This document shows positions 1 through 9,111 of a DNA stretch of 47,452 nucleotides, in pieces. Numbering within the stretch: position 1 is the first letter of the stretch; the number at the start of each line of letters is the position of its first letter. Source of the DNA: an uncultured Ignavibacteriaceae bacterium (GTDB lineage Bacteria > Bacteroidota > Ignavibacteria > UBA10030); assembly GCA_964372545.1 (NCBI GenBank), contig CAYJSZ010000002.1, positions 1-47,452 on the forward strand, in the 5' to 3' direction. The notes beneath the pieces were generated by a model. The model was not told the DNA's origin. It was given only the letters and a program-made list of their open reading frames with translations, and searched no databases. The position numbers and the translations under genes were made by a program.

Positions 1-2
1 TT

Positions 3-2936
3 TTACTTGATCGCTTCCACCACTGCGTCATGCAGCTTCGGTCGCGCGTCGAAAATCTTCGTGTTGTTGCGCGTGGGGTAGACTCGATTGGTGAGAAGAA
101 TTACGAAAAGATTCCGCTCAGGGTCAACCCAGATGGAGGTACCGGTAAACCCCGTGTGGCCGAAGGATTTCGGCCCGAACAATTTTCCCGCCGAGCTGTA
201 GCCGTTCAAGCTCTTCGTATCCCATCCGATGCCGCGCGTGCTCTTCTCCGACTGGCGCGCGATAAATTGCTTCACAGTTTCTTCTTTGATATAGCGTTTG
301 CCTCCATACGTACCGCCGTTCAAGAGCATCTGCACGATCATGGCAAGGTCGGAGGTGGTGGAAAACAACCCCGCGTGGCCGGAGACTCCGCCAAGCGTTG
401 CAGCATTCTCATCGTGCACGCGGCCGCGGACAGCAACGCCTGTTTTCTTCCAGAACGTATCGACTTCCGTCGGTGCGATGCGGCTCAGCAACAACTTCGG
501 CGGATTATACATGGTGTTGGTCATGCCAAGGGGCTTAAAGAAAACGGAGTCGACATAGCGGTCGAGCGTTGTCCCTGAGACGCTCTCAATCACTTTCCAG
601 ATGGTGATGAGGCCGAGGTCGCTGTAGATCGTCGAATCTCCGGTACGGTACTCCGGCGGGGTTGCAAAGACGGAATCGAGCACGCACTGCGGCGTGCTGC
701 AAAAATCGTAGTACCGTCGCCATGCAGGAAGTCCGCTGTTGTGCACCATCAGATTGTAGACGGTGATGTTGTCCTTGCCTTTCTGGCCGAATTGCGGGAC
801 GTGCTTCACAACCGGGTCGCTCAGATTGAGCTTGCCCTCGTCGACTAACCGCATAACGGCGCTCGTGGTTGCGATGACTTTGGTGACGGATGCGAGGTCG
901 TAGATGGTGTTCACATCGACCTGCCGAGAGTAAGGATCGTATTCGTACGTGCCGAAGGCTTTGTTGTAACCGACGACTCCGTTGTGCGCGGCCAACACGA
1001 CCGCGCCGGGGAACGCCGAATCGCTAATCGCTTTTCTTACGACATCATCCACCAGCTTCAGTTTCTCCAGATCGAAGCCTGCAAGAATCGGATCGTCGCT
1101 TCGCAGTGAAACTTTCGGCAGGTTGATTCCCGTGCCGTACGCGAAGCCCGCCTTCGGTAAGCCGTCGGCGGACAGGCCGCCGGGTATCGTGACCGGCAAC
1201 TTTCCTCTCGCCTCGATCTCGCCGAAGATCGCCTCGACCGCCGCTTCGACCACAACATCTGCCTGACTGTAACCCGCGATGTATGCATCGACAGTCGGAA
1301 ACGCAGTAAGAAGATACGGGTTGCCGAACGAGACGACGACCGTGGGCCTCTTGAGCTTCAGAAGATTGTTGAGAAACTCCACTTGCTGCGGCTGGAAGAA
1401 TCCCGTCATCTGCGCCGAGCGTGTCTGCACGTACATGTGAACGAGCAGCAGATCGCCCGTCGCCGCGCGCGTGAGAATCGAATCGTACTCGATCTTGTTG
1501 CTGCGCTGGTCGACGCGCAGGTCTTCGTACCGCTGAACGCGAGAGCGCACGAGCGAGCGGAAGTACGCTCCCGTCGTCGGGTCTTCCGTATCGCCGAACG
1601 CGATGCCGACAATTTTCTTCTGATTGTTCTTCTGCATGGGAAGAACGCTGTTATCGTTCTTGACAACCGTGATGCCATCACGCGCAATTTGTTTGGCGAG
1701 CCGGCGGTGCTCGACACTCCCGACAACCGATGCTACCGCGTTCGGGTCGGCAAAGCGGTTCTCTGTTATGCCGAGGGATTCCTTGAAGGCTAAGACTTTG
1801 CGGACGGAGGCGTTGATGCGTTCTTCGGAGATCTCTTTACGCCCAACCGCTCCGACAATCGCATCGATGGCAACGTCCATATCGGGCGGCAAGAGAACGA
1901 GATCCGTTCCCGCTTTGATCGTTCGGACCGCGGCATCGGCCGTGGAGTATGCTTTCGTGACGCCCTGCATCGTCATTGCGTCCGTCACGATCAATCCTTT
2001 GAAGCCGAGCTGGTTCTGGAGCAGGTCGGTGATGATCGGGCGAGACAGTGTCGCCGGCAGTCCTTTGGTCGTGTCGTACGCGGGAACGGACAGATGAGCG
2101 ATCATCATGGACATAACGCCAGCATCGACCGCGCGACGAAAACCGACGAGCTCTAAAGAATCGAGCCGGCTCTTCTGAAAGGGTAGCACCGGCATGTCGA
2201 GATGCGAGTCGACGTCCGTGTCGCCGTGGCCGGGGAAGTGTTTGGCCGTCGCGATGACGCCGCCTTCCTGTAATCCTCTGACGAACGCGGCGGACATTTC
2301 AGAGACAAGCTGCGGGTCTTCGCCGAACGACCGCGTGTTGATGACCGGGTTCATCGGATTGTTGTTTACGTCGACGACCGGCGCGTAGTCCTGATGAACG
2401 CCGAGTGCACGCGCTTCCTTCGCCGTCACTCTGCCCATTTCGTACGCGTACGCCGGGTTGCGCGTGGCACCGACCAGCATGGCTCGTGGAAAAAGCGTCG
2501 CGCGACGCACCCGCATCGCAGTGCCGAACTCAAAATCCGCCGCAATCAACAGCGGGATATCCGACATCGCCTGCAGCCTGTTGATTTGCACGACATACTC
2601 ATACACATCACCCTGAAAGAAAACAAACCCGCCGATCTTTCTCTCCTTCACCAGCCGCTCGTAGTACTGCCACCGCTCGTCATCGCTGCTGAGATAGCCA
2701 CCGTCCGCGCGTTCAAACACCAACTGCGCGACCTTCTCTTGAAGTGTCATCCGGCCGAGTGTCTCTTCGACCCAGGAGCCTTTTTCCTCCACCACACTGA
2801 CAGATACCGGAGCGGAAGGTGCTGAATCCTTGCTACCTTGCGTAGCTCCGGGTTGGCTCGAACAGGATAAGAGCAGGGAGCAGACACCAAGATGAATGAA
2901 ATTGATCTTCATTGCTGTTTGAAAACTATGGGACAA
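3..2936 (-). CDS. Glycoside hydrolase family 3 (NagZ-like beta-N-acetylhexosaminidase) fused to a C-terminal serine beta-lactamase/PBP-like hydrolase domain; probable lipoprotein
   Basis: 977-aa ORF with its stop at 3-5. The N-terminus MKINFIHLGVCSLLLSCSS is lipoprotein-signal-like, and ATG 2912 is an alternative start. GH3 hallmark KHFPGHGDTDVDSHLDMPVL is present. The C-terminal half has class-C-type motifs: SxxK (ASVTKVIATT) and HTG (FGHTGFTGTS). Confidence 0.85.
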   Translation of the reverse strand: MSHSFQTAMKINFIHLGVCSLLLSCSSQPGATQGSKDSAPSAPVSVSVVEEKGSWVEETLGRMTLQEKVAQLVFERADGGYLSSDDERWQYYERLVKERKIGGFVFFQGDVYEYVVQINRLQAMSDIPLLIAADFEFGTAMRVRRATLFPRAMLVGATRNPAYAYEMGRVTAKEARALGVHQDYAPVVDVNNNPMNPVINTRSFGEDPQLVSEMSAAFVRGLQEGGVIATAKHFPGHGDTDVDSHLDMPVLPFQKSRLDSLELVGFRRAVDAGVMSMMIAHLSVPAYDTTKGLPATLSRPIITDLLQNQLGFKGLIVTDAMTMQGVTKAYSTADAAVRTIKAGTDLVLLPPDMDVAIDAIVGAVGRKEISEERINASVRKVLAFKESLGITENRFADPNAVASVVGSVEHRRLAKQIARDGITVVKNDNSVLPMQKNNQKKIVGIAFGDTEDPTTGAYFRSLVRSRVQRYEDLRVDQRSNKIEYDSILTRAATGDLLLVHMYVQTRSAQMTGFFQPQQVEFLNNLLKLKRPTVVVSFGNPYLLTAFPTVDAYIAGYSQADVVVEAAVEAIFGEIEARGKLPVTIPGGLSADGLPKAGFAYGTGINLPKVSLRSDDPILAGFDLEKLKLVDDVVRKAISDSAFPGAVVLAAHNGVVGYNKAFGTYEYDPYSRQVDVNTIYDLASVTKVIATTSAVMRLVDEGKLNLSDPVVKHVPQFGQKGKDNITVYNLMVHNSGLPAWRRYYDFCSTPQCVLDSVFATPPEYRTGDSTIYSDLGLITIWKVIESVSGTTLDRYVDSVFFKPLGMTNTMYNPPKLLLSRIAPTEVDTFWKKTGVAVRGRVHDENAATLGGVSGHAGLFSTTSDLAMIVQMLLNGGTYGGKRYIKEETVKQFIARQSEKSTRGIGWDTKSLNGYSSAGKLFGPKSFGHTGFTGTSIWVDPERNLFVILLTNRVYPTRNNTKIFDARPKLHDAVVEAIK

Positions 2937-3003
2937 CTCAGTTCATTCCGAAAAATTTCCACAAGGTTGCAGGTGCGCCAAGAGTCGAACTTTCTTCTTT
3001 ATT

Positions 3004-3167
3004 CAAGTTGACCAGTAGGTGCGGGCTAAAGCCCGATAATTGTTTGATATTCAACTTTTCCCCGACCTGAAGGTCGGGGCAGTGCCACGTCCTTTGGAAC
3101 AGGACGTAGACCAATCAAAACCTAGAGCTCCTAGGGTTTTAACCCCTTCCGAAAAGCGGTCAACTTG
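3004..3167. repeat. MITE-like stacked-hairpin element, copy A (about 164 bp) with terminal inverted repeats CAAGTTGACC / GGTCAACTTG
   Basis: It shares its termini and internal blocks with 16394..16530. The shared blocks are gggct(a/g)aagccc, ccccgacct(g/a)aaggtcggggc, ggttttaacccctt and aaagcggtcaacttg. Copy A has extra internal hairpins: acgtcctttggaacaggacgt and aaaacctagagctcctagggtttt. It lies between two minus-strand genes. Confidence 0.7.
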
Positions 3168-3209
3168 AATTCTTCACTCTTTTTTCCTTAGACTTCGTGG
3201 CATATTCTT

Positions 3210-4160
3210 TCAAGAGGAACTGCTCAACGCGAGCAACACGGCGCCGTACGACGGCGGGGCGTGCGGCTGCACAATGGAAATCTGAGGCAATGAAAAGGTG
3301 ATCTTCTGCTTCAAGATTTTCGTGAAGACGTTGTCTCCGCTGATCACGCTGCCGATGAATGCCAGCGAAAGTTTCTGACGCGGCCGGTCCCGCGTCGCAG
3401 CTTCGAGCGTCAGCGTGAGTGTCCGCACATGTTCGGCGAGCTCGAAGGTAGCCTTGTTGAGAATCCGCTCGCACTCCGCGTCGTGCTGATCCGCCGCTTC
3501 GATCACCAGCGGCGCGACGGATGCGACGTCGAAATTCTCACGATAGACAGCGGCGATGATCTCTTCTTGCGACTTCAGGTTGAATCTCTTCCCCGCCAGC
3601 TCAGTCAACAGCGTCTTCTTTCCCCTTCCATCAAGATGGCGGGTGACTGCATTCAACCCATCCCGGCCGATGGCAAATCCGCTTCCTTCATCTCCCAACA
3701 CCCTGCCCCATCCGCCGACTCGGAATATCTTACCATCATGACTTTTCCCCAACGCGATCGAGCCTGTTCCGCAAATCAGAATAATGCCTTCGCCTCCCTT
3801 GAACGCTCCTTCCAGTGCAATGCGTGCGTCGGTCTCTATTATTACCCGCTCAAATGCTACGCCGCGGTTTCGAGCGTATGATTCAAACCCTTCTCGCATT
3901 CTCTGCCGGTCGGTAGAACGACCTGCGCCCGTCAGTCCCGCAACGACCGTCTTCACTTGCTGCAGTGTCAGGCCTTCTTTTTGACAACATGCATCGGCGA
4001 CGGAAAACAATGTCTCCGCAGCTTGTTCAACACCGATGATGAGAAAATTGGAAGGACCGCCGGCCACTTCTGCCAGGACGTTCCCCTGAAGATCGGCAAG
4101 CGATGCAGCCGTTTTGGTTCCCCCACCGTCAAGACCGAGAACGAATTGTTTCTTCGCCAT
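3210..4160 (-). CDS. BadF/BadG/BcrA/BcrD-type ATPase, N-acetylglucosamine kinase-like
   Basis: 316 aa. It has the N-terminal phosphate-1 motif LGLDGGGTKT, then ILICGTGSIALG and GGWGRVLGDEGSG, which are typical of this sugar-kinase/ATPase family. It sits directly upstream of the GH3 gene on the same strand. Confidence 0.75.
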   Translation of the reverse strand: MAKKQFVLGLDGGGTKTAASLADLQGNVLAEVAGGPSNFLIIGVEQAAETLFSVADACCQKEGLTLQQVKTVVAGLTGAGRSTDRQRMREGFESYARNRGVAFERVIIETDARIALEGAFKGGEGIILICGTGSIALGKSHDGKIFRVGGWGRVLGDEGSGFAIGRDGLNAVTRHLDGRGKKTLLTELAGKRFNLKSQEEIIAAVYRENFDVASVAPLVIEAADQHDAECERILNKATFELAEHVRTLTLTLEAATRDRPRQKLSLAFIGSVISGDNVFTKILKQKITFSLPQISIVQPHAPPSYGAVLLALSSSS

Positions 4161-4454
4161 GGAACGGTGGGCAAAGTACCGATTTTTGCAGGGAAAATCA
4201 AGGCAACGCGGATACTCACTCCCGCCCGAACGACCGAAGTCATTCGGTCGGGCGAGGATTTTCGCGGATGTGCACGGATAAGTTTTTCCGACGTGATCGG
4301 AAGCGATAGCCTTGATTCGTGTTAGACTCTTTTCTTTTCAGGAATCATGTTGGATTCTCAATACGCGAGCATCCGCGTGCGGTTGCCCTTGAGGAAGTTC
4401 TTGCTTACTTTTTGCTGTTTCACATTGCGCCTCTTTCAGCGTGTCGACCAAACC

Positions 4455-6125
4455 ATGAGGATAAACATGAAAACTCCACGGAGCTCTCGAAGTAAAGAAA
4501 CGTCACCCAGTCGTAGAAAATTTCTCCGCTCGAGCGTGTTGGGGAGTGTCGCTGTACTGACAACTCTTAAATCGCCGGCTTCAACGGGGAAAGGAGTTGA
4601 ACAGCAACCGGGAGTATTTGAACTCGATGAAGCGACGATAGCCCAACTGCAGGGAATGATGCAGGAAGGAAGAACCTCGGCACGCTCACTCGCTGAGAAA
4701 TATCTTGCGCGCATCGAAGAGATCGACAAGCACGGACCGACGATCAGCTCCATCATCGAGCTCAATCCCGACGCGCTGGCGATTGCCGATGCGCTCGATG
4801 GGGAACGCAAAGCGAAGGGACCGCGAGGACCGCTGCACGGAATTCCCGTGCTGATCAAAGACAACATCGACACGGCGGACAGGATGATGACCACTGCCGG
4901 CTCTTTGGCTCTTGTTGGTGCGAAGCCGGCAAAAGATGCGTTCGTCGTTCAACGGCTGCGGGAAGCCGGCGCAGTCATTCTCGGCAAGACGAACCTCAGC
5001 GAGTGGGCGAACTTCCGGTCGTCTCACTCGACGAGCGGCTGGAGCGGACGAGGCGGACAGACAAAGAATCCGTATTCGTTAGACAGAAATCCCTGCGGGT
5101 CCAGTTCAGGTTCTGGGGTTGCCGTTGCTGCCAATCTCTGCGCAGTCGCTGTTGGCACAGAAACCGACGGCTCCATCATCTGCCCGTCTTCGTCGAACGG
5201 CATCGTGGGCATCAAACCAACACTTGGACTCGTGAGCCGGACGGGAATCATCCCGATCGCGCATAGTCAGGACACGGCCGGACCGATGGCTCGCACCGTT
5301 GCCGATGCTGCGGCTTTGCTCGGCGCGATGGTCGGCATCGACAATGAAGACGGCGCCACCATCGGGAGCAGGGGAAAATCCTCCACAGACTACACGAAGT
5401 TCCTGGACCCAAACGGCTTGAAAGGCGCTCGCATTGGGGTGGCACGGAAATTCTTCGGCTTCAGTGACAAAGTCGACAAGCTCATGAACGACGCCATCGA
5501 CGTTATGAAACGGCTTGGCGCGACGATCGTTGATCCTGCCGACTTGCCAACGCACGGGAAGTTTGACGACTCGGAGTTCGAGGTGCTGCTATTCGAGTTC
5601 AAAGCCGACATCAACAAGTACCTTGCACAGTTGGGCTCAAGCTTCCCGCTGAAGACGCTGAAAGACCTGATCGACTTCAACGAAAAGAACCGCGACAGGG
5701 AGATGCCGTACTTCGGGCAGGAGCTCTTCATCAAAGCGCAGGAGAAGGGTCGGCTCACCAGCCCGGCATACCGCAAAGCGCTCAAAAAAAATCCCCGCAT
5801 GAGCCGTAAAGAAGGCATCGACGCGGTCATGAACAAGCACAAGCTCCACGCGCTGATCGCGCCTTCCGGAAGTCCCGCGTGGACGACAGACCTTGTGAAC
5901 GGCGATCATTTCACCGGCGGCAGCTCGAGCCCGGCAGCGGTGGCGGGTTATCCCAACATCAACGTGCCGGCGGGGTTCGTGTTCGGTCTTCCGGTCGGCA
6001 TTTCATTTTTCGGTCGAGCCTTCAGCGAGCCGACGCTCGTCAAGCTCGCATACGCGTACGAGCAAGCGACAAAGTTCCGCCGCCCGCCGCAGTTCCTACC
6101 AGAAGCAAACCTTAGGTCTTCATGA
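4455..6125 (+). CDS. Amidase-signature family amidase with a Tat-type signal peptide
   Basis: Amidase signature GGSSSGSGVAVAANLCAVAVGTETDGSIICPSS and KDNIDT are present. A twin-arginine-like SRRKFLRSS follows ATG 4455 (ATG 4467 is also possible). The tracked ORF start at 4347 adds an implausible leader. Confidence 0.85.
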   Translation: MRINMKTPRSSRSKETSPSRRKFLRSSVLGSVAVLTTLKSPASTGKGVEQQPGVFELDEATIAQLQGMMQEGRTSARSLAEKYLARIEEIDKHGPTISSIIELNPDALAIADALDGERKAKGPRGPLHGIPVLIKDNIDTADRMMTTAGSLALVGAKPAKDAFVVQRLREAGAVILGKTNLSEWANFRSSHSTSGWSGRGGQTKNPYSLDRNPCGSSSGSGVAVAANLCAVAVGTETDGSIICPSSSNGIVGIKPTLGLVSRTGIIPIAHSQDTAGPMARTVADAAALLGAMVGIDNEDGATIGSRGKSSTDYTKFLDPNGLKGARIGVARKFFGFSDKVDKLMNDAIDVMKRLGATIVDPADLPTHGKFDDSEFEVLLFEFKADINKYLAQLGSSFPLKTLKDLIDFNEKNRDREMPYFGQELFIKAQEKGRLTSPAYRKALKKNPRMSRKEGIDAVMNKHKLHALIAPSGSPAWTTDLVNGDHFTGGSSSPAAVAGYPNINVPAGFVFGLPVGISFFGRAFSEPTLVKLAYAYEQATKFRRPPQFLPEANLRSS

Positions 6126-6256
6126 AAACCGAACGTGGGTACAATAACCTCCCCCGATCCCACAAAGCGGGATCGACCCCTCCCTGCCTGTCCGGCAGGC
6201 AGGCTTGTCAAAGAGGGGAAAGTATGCTCAGGTACTTTGTCCCCCTTCTCCCGCCA

Positions 6257-7372
6257 ATGAACGGCGGGACGCAGAAAACGCGCAAGGGGGACGCGCGCTT
6301 TTCGCGCAGGGGGTCATTTTACTTTCTTCTTTGCGCACTTTTCTTTCTCTATAGTAACATTTTCGCTCAAGACGAGGTCGTGGACTTGAAGAGCGGCAAG
6401 GCGATGTACGAAGCCTGGTGCGCGAAGTGCCACGGCGAAGACGGCCGCGGCTTGGTGGAAGGCCTGGAGCTTGAAGTACCCGTCCCCGATTTCACCGATT
6501 GCGGCTTCAACTCCCGCGAGCCGCGCAAAGATTGGAAAGCCGTCGTTGCGCACGGCGGACCGGCACGGGGACTTTCCTGGAGCATGCCCGCCTGGAGCGA
6601 AGCGATCTCCGACGAGCAGATCGACCTGATCATCGACTACACCAAAACATTCTGCACCGATGCGCGCTGGCCGAAGGGTGAGCTGAACTTTCGCCGCGCG
6701 CAGGTTACGGCGAAAGCGTTTCCCGAAAACGAGGCGCTGCTCATCCCCATCTACACTCACAGCCGGCATCGCAGCTCGACCACGAAGCTCGTCTACGAAG
6801 AACGCATCGGGCCGCGCGGGCAGTGGGAGATCTCCGTGCCGATCGTTTCCCGCTACCAGAGCGCAGCGACGGGAATCGGGGACGTTGAGCTGTCCGGCAA
6901 GCTCGCACTGTTCGACAACCTCGAATCGCTGTCGATTGTCAGTGCAGGCCTGGAGGTCGGCCTCCCGACCGGCGACGAGAGCAACGGGTTCGGTTCGGGG
7001 CGATGGAAGCTCGCACCATACCTCGCGGCAGGCAAAGGGGTTGAAGATTTTTTTCTCCAAACGAGTATCAAATACGAGCAGCCGTTGAAGGGTGAAGATC
7101 GCGAGCTGCAATACAATTTCGCGCTGACCTATCCGCTCACGGAAGACAAGCAGGGACTCATCCCGATGTTGGAGGTGAACGGCATCAAGTCGTTCGAGAC
7201 TGGAGCCAACTCTCTCTTCTTGACGCCCCAGATGTACATCGGACTCGTCAAACGGGGCCACATCGCGCTTTCCGTCGGCACGCAGATTCCGATCGCCGGC
7301 GAGAGGCCGTTCGACTATCGCGTTGTTGCGTTTTTCTTATGGGAATATGCCGACGGCGGTCTTTGGTGGTGA
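6257..7372 (+). CDS. Mono-haem c-type cytochrome domain fused to a C-terminal beta-barrel (MetA/phenol-degradation-like transporter) domain
   Basis: From ATG 6257 there is a Sec signal (RRGSFYFLLCALFFLYSNIFAQ). A single CxxCH (WCAKCHGEDG) is followed by a distal SMPAW Met-ligand-like motif. About 260 aa of alternating beta-strand-like sequence follow, ending in GGLWW. The start is uncertain: ATG 6224 is in frame, and 6122-6256 is occupied by hairpin repeats. Confidence 0.6.
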   Translation: MNGGTQKTRKGDARFSRRGSFYFLLCALFFLYSNIFAQDEVVDLKSGKAMYEAWCAKCHGEDGRGLVEGLELEVPVPDFTDCGFNSREPRKDWKAVVAHGGPARGLSWSMPAWSEAISDEQIDLIIDYTKTFCTDARWPKGELNFRRAQVTAKAFPENEALLIPIYTHSRHRSSTTKLVYEERIGPRGQWEISVPIVSRYQSAATGIGDVELSGKLALFDNLESLSIVSAGLEVGLPTGDESNGFGSGRWKLAPYLAAGKGVEDFFLQTSIKYEQPLKGEDRELQYNFALTYPLTEDKQGLIPMLEVNGIKSFETGANSLFLTPQMYIGLVKRGHIALSVGTQIPIAGERPFDYRVVAFFLWEYADGGLWW

Positions 7373-7609
7373 GGAAAGTGGAATGATGGAGTGATGGAGT
7401 AATGGAGAGGTGATGGGTGCGTAGGAATACGGATGACAAATTAACTCCCGCCAAGAAACGGCGGGATGTCCCGCCTTCTGGGATTCCGCTCAAAGGCAGT
7501 GCCGTCACGCCTCTCGGCGTGACGAGCATTCTCGTCTCGAACGAAGTTCGGGACGGAAGATTCTGAGAAGCGGAACATAAAGCGCACAATTAGCCAGGTG
7601 GGATTTCTC

Positions 7610-8176
7610 ATGAAGATCGGAAAGACTCTATACGCGAAGAATCGACACCAATGGCGAGCGTGGCTGAAGAAGAACCACTCGACGGCAAAAGAGATCTGGT
7701 TGATCTACTACAACAAGCAGTCCGGCAAGCCGCGCATTCCGTACAACGACGCCGTTGAAGAAGCGCTCTGTTTCGGGTGGATCGACAGTATTGTCAAAAA
7801 ATATGATAAAGACCGGGCGGCTCAGCGGTTTTCTCCCCGCAAGCCGAAGAGTACGTGGTCGGAGATGAACAAAGAACGCGTGCGGCGACTCATCAAGCAA
7901 GGCAGAATGACGAAGGCGGGATTGGCAGTGTTCGACAAGAAGCAGGGACTACAAGTGATCAAAGAAAACAGGCTCGTCATTCCGAAAGATATTCTACAGG
8001 GACTCAAGAAGAACAAGACCGTTTGGAGAAACTTTCAGAACTTTCGGGAGTCGTACAAACGAATCCGCATCGGGTGGATCGACGCCTCACGCAATCGACC
8101 CGATTTCTTCCGACGACGGCTGCGCTACTTTCTGAAGATGACGGCGCAGAACAAGCGATTCGGGATGGTGCAATAG
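7610..8176 (+). CDS. YdeI/OmpD-associated family protein
   Basis: It matches the family pattern WRAWLKKNHSTAKEIWLIYYNK...PYNDAVEEALCFGWIDS...RFSPRKPKSTWSEMNKERV. ATG 7610 is preferred over the upstream GTG at 7598. Confidence 0.75.
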   Translation: MKIGKTLYAKNRHQWRAWLKKNHSTAKEIWLIYYNKQSGKPRIPYNDAVEEALCFGWIDSIVKKYDKDRAAQRFSPRKPKSTWSEMNKERVRRLIKQGRMTKAGLAVFDKKQGLQVIKENRLVIPKDILQGLKKNKTVWRNFQNFRESYKRIRIGWIDASRNRPDFFRRRLRYFLKMTAQNKRFGMVQ

Positions 8177-8191
8177 ACATGAGCAACAACG

Positions 8192-9028
8192 ATGACCGTT
8201 GAATCACTCAGGACTCTCTGGTACACCTTCAAGCATTTCCGATCGCCTCTTCGCACAATCCTTCGTTTCTACACGCAAACGGAATTTGTGATTCAGACCA
8301 GGCGAGGCAAGGCAGTACATTTCTCGAAGAAAAAAATTTCCTTCGGTTTTTTGCTGCGCGTCTTGAACAACGGATGGACGGTGGTGGATCATCGCGACGA
8401 CCACTTCCTGTTTCATCGGGACGGGATCTCGCTCTTCCAGCCCAACGTGGGCGTCCTCATGGAGGACTTTGACGAACAATATGGAACGTTTGATTACCAC
8501 GGAGCTGTCGTAATCGACGTGGGAGGATACGTTGGCGAGACGGCAGTATTCTTCCAAAAATGGGGCGCAAAGACAGTCGTTGTGTTCGAGCCGGTGAAGG
8601 AGCATGTCGCCCTCCTGCGGAAAAATCTCAAACTGAACGCAGTGAAGGCGCAGGTCGTTCAGGCGGCGGTCTCCAACAAGAGTGGCAGGCTCTGCATCGG
8701 TGCACGACGACATATTCTCGACGCCGGTTTTGGACTGGTCGACCGCGGAGAGCTCACCGTCGAATCATGGTCCTGGAACAAGCTCCTCTCCTTCGCAAGG
8801 AAGAAGAATGCCTCCATCATCAAGGTTGATTGCGAAGGGTACGAACGATTTCTTGTTGAAGTGAATAAAAAGGCAATCGCTTACATTCCCCGTTGGTTGA
8901 TCGAAGCCCATTCACCGGCGATACGCGATTCTCTTGTTTCGTTTTTTGGGCAGGCCGGCTTTCGGCTCGTAAAGACCCTGACGGTCGAAAAGGATATCTT
9001 CCTCCTGACTTTTCTCCGGCCATCGTAG
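8192..9028 (+). CDS. FkbM-family methyltransferase
   Basis: SAM-binding segment VIDVGGYVGETAVFFQKWGAKTVVVFEP is present, followed by NKSGRL...IIKVDCEGYE, the typical FkbM layout. Confidence 0.7.
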   Translation: MTVESLRTLWYTFKHFRSPLRTILRFYTQTEFVIQTRRGKAVHFSKKKISFGFLLRVLNNGWTVVDHRDDHFLFHRDGISLFQPNVGVLMEDFDEQYGTFDYHGAVVIDVGGYVGETAVFFQKWGAKTVVVFEPVKEHVALLRKNLKLNAVKAQVVQAAVSNKSGRLCIGARRHILDAGFGLVDRGELTVESWSWNKLLSFARKKNASIIKVDCEGYERFLVEVNKKAIAYIPRWLIEAHSPAIRDSLVSFFGQAGFRLVKTLTVEKDIFLLTFLRPS

Positions 9029-9111
9029 CGAACCATCCGGCGAAACTATTTGTTTTCCCAGAGAACAGTCTGTACCTTTGATCATCATCCTTTAATTCAT
9101 TCGAGGACGTC

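Noticed and set aside
6122-6256. N-terminal 45-aa extension of the cytochrome-barrel ORF.
   Set aside because: The extension overlaps the amidase stop and is built from three intergenic-type hairpin repeats. The downstream ATG 6257 yields a canonical signal peptide.
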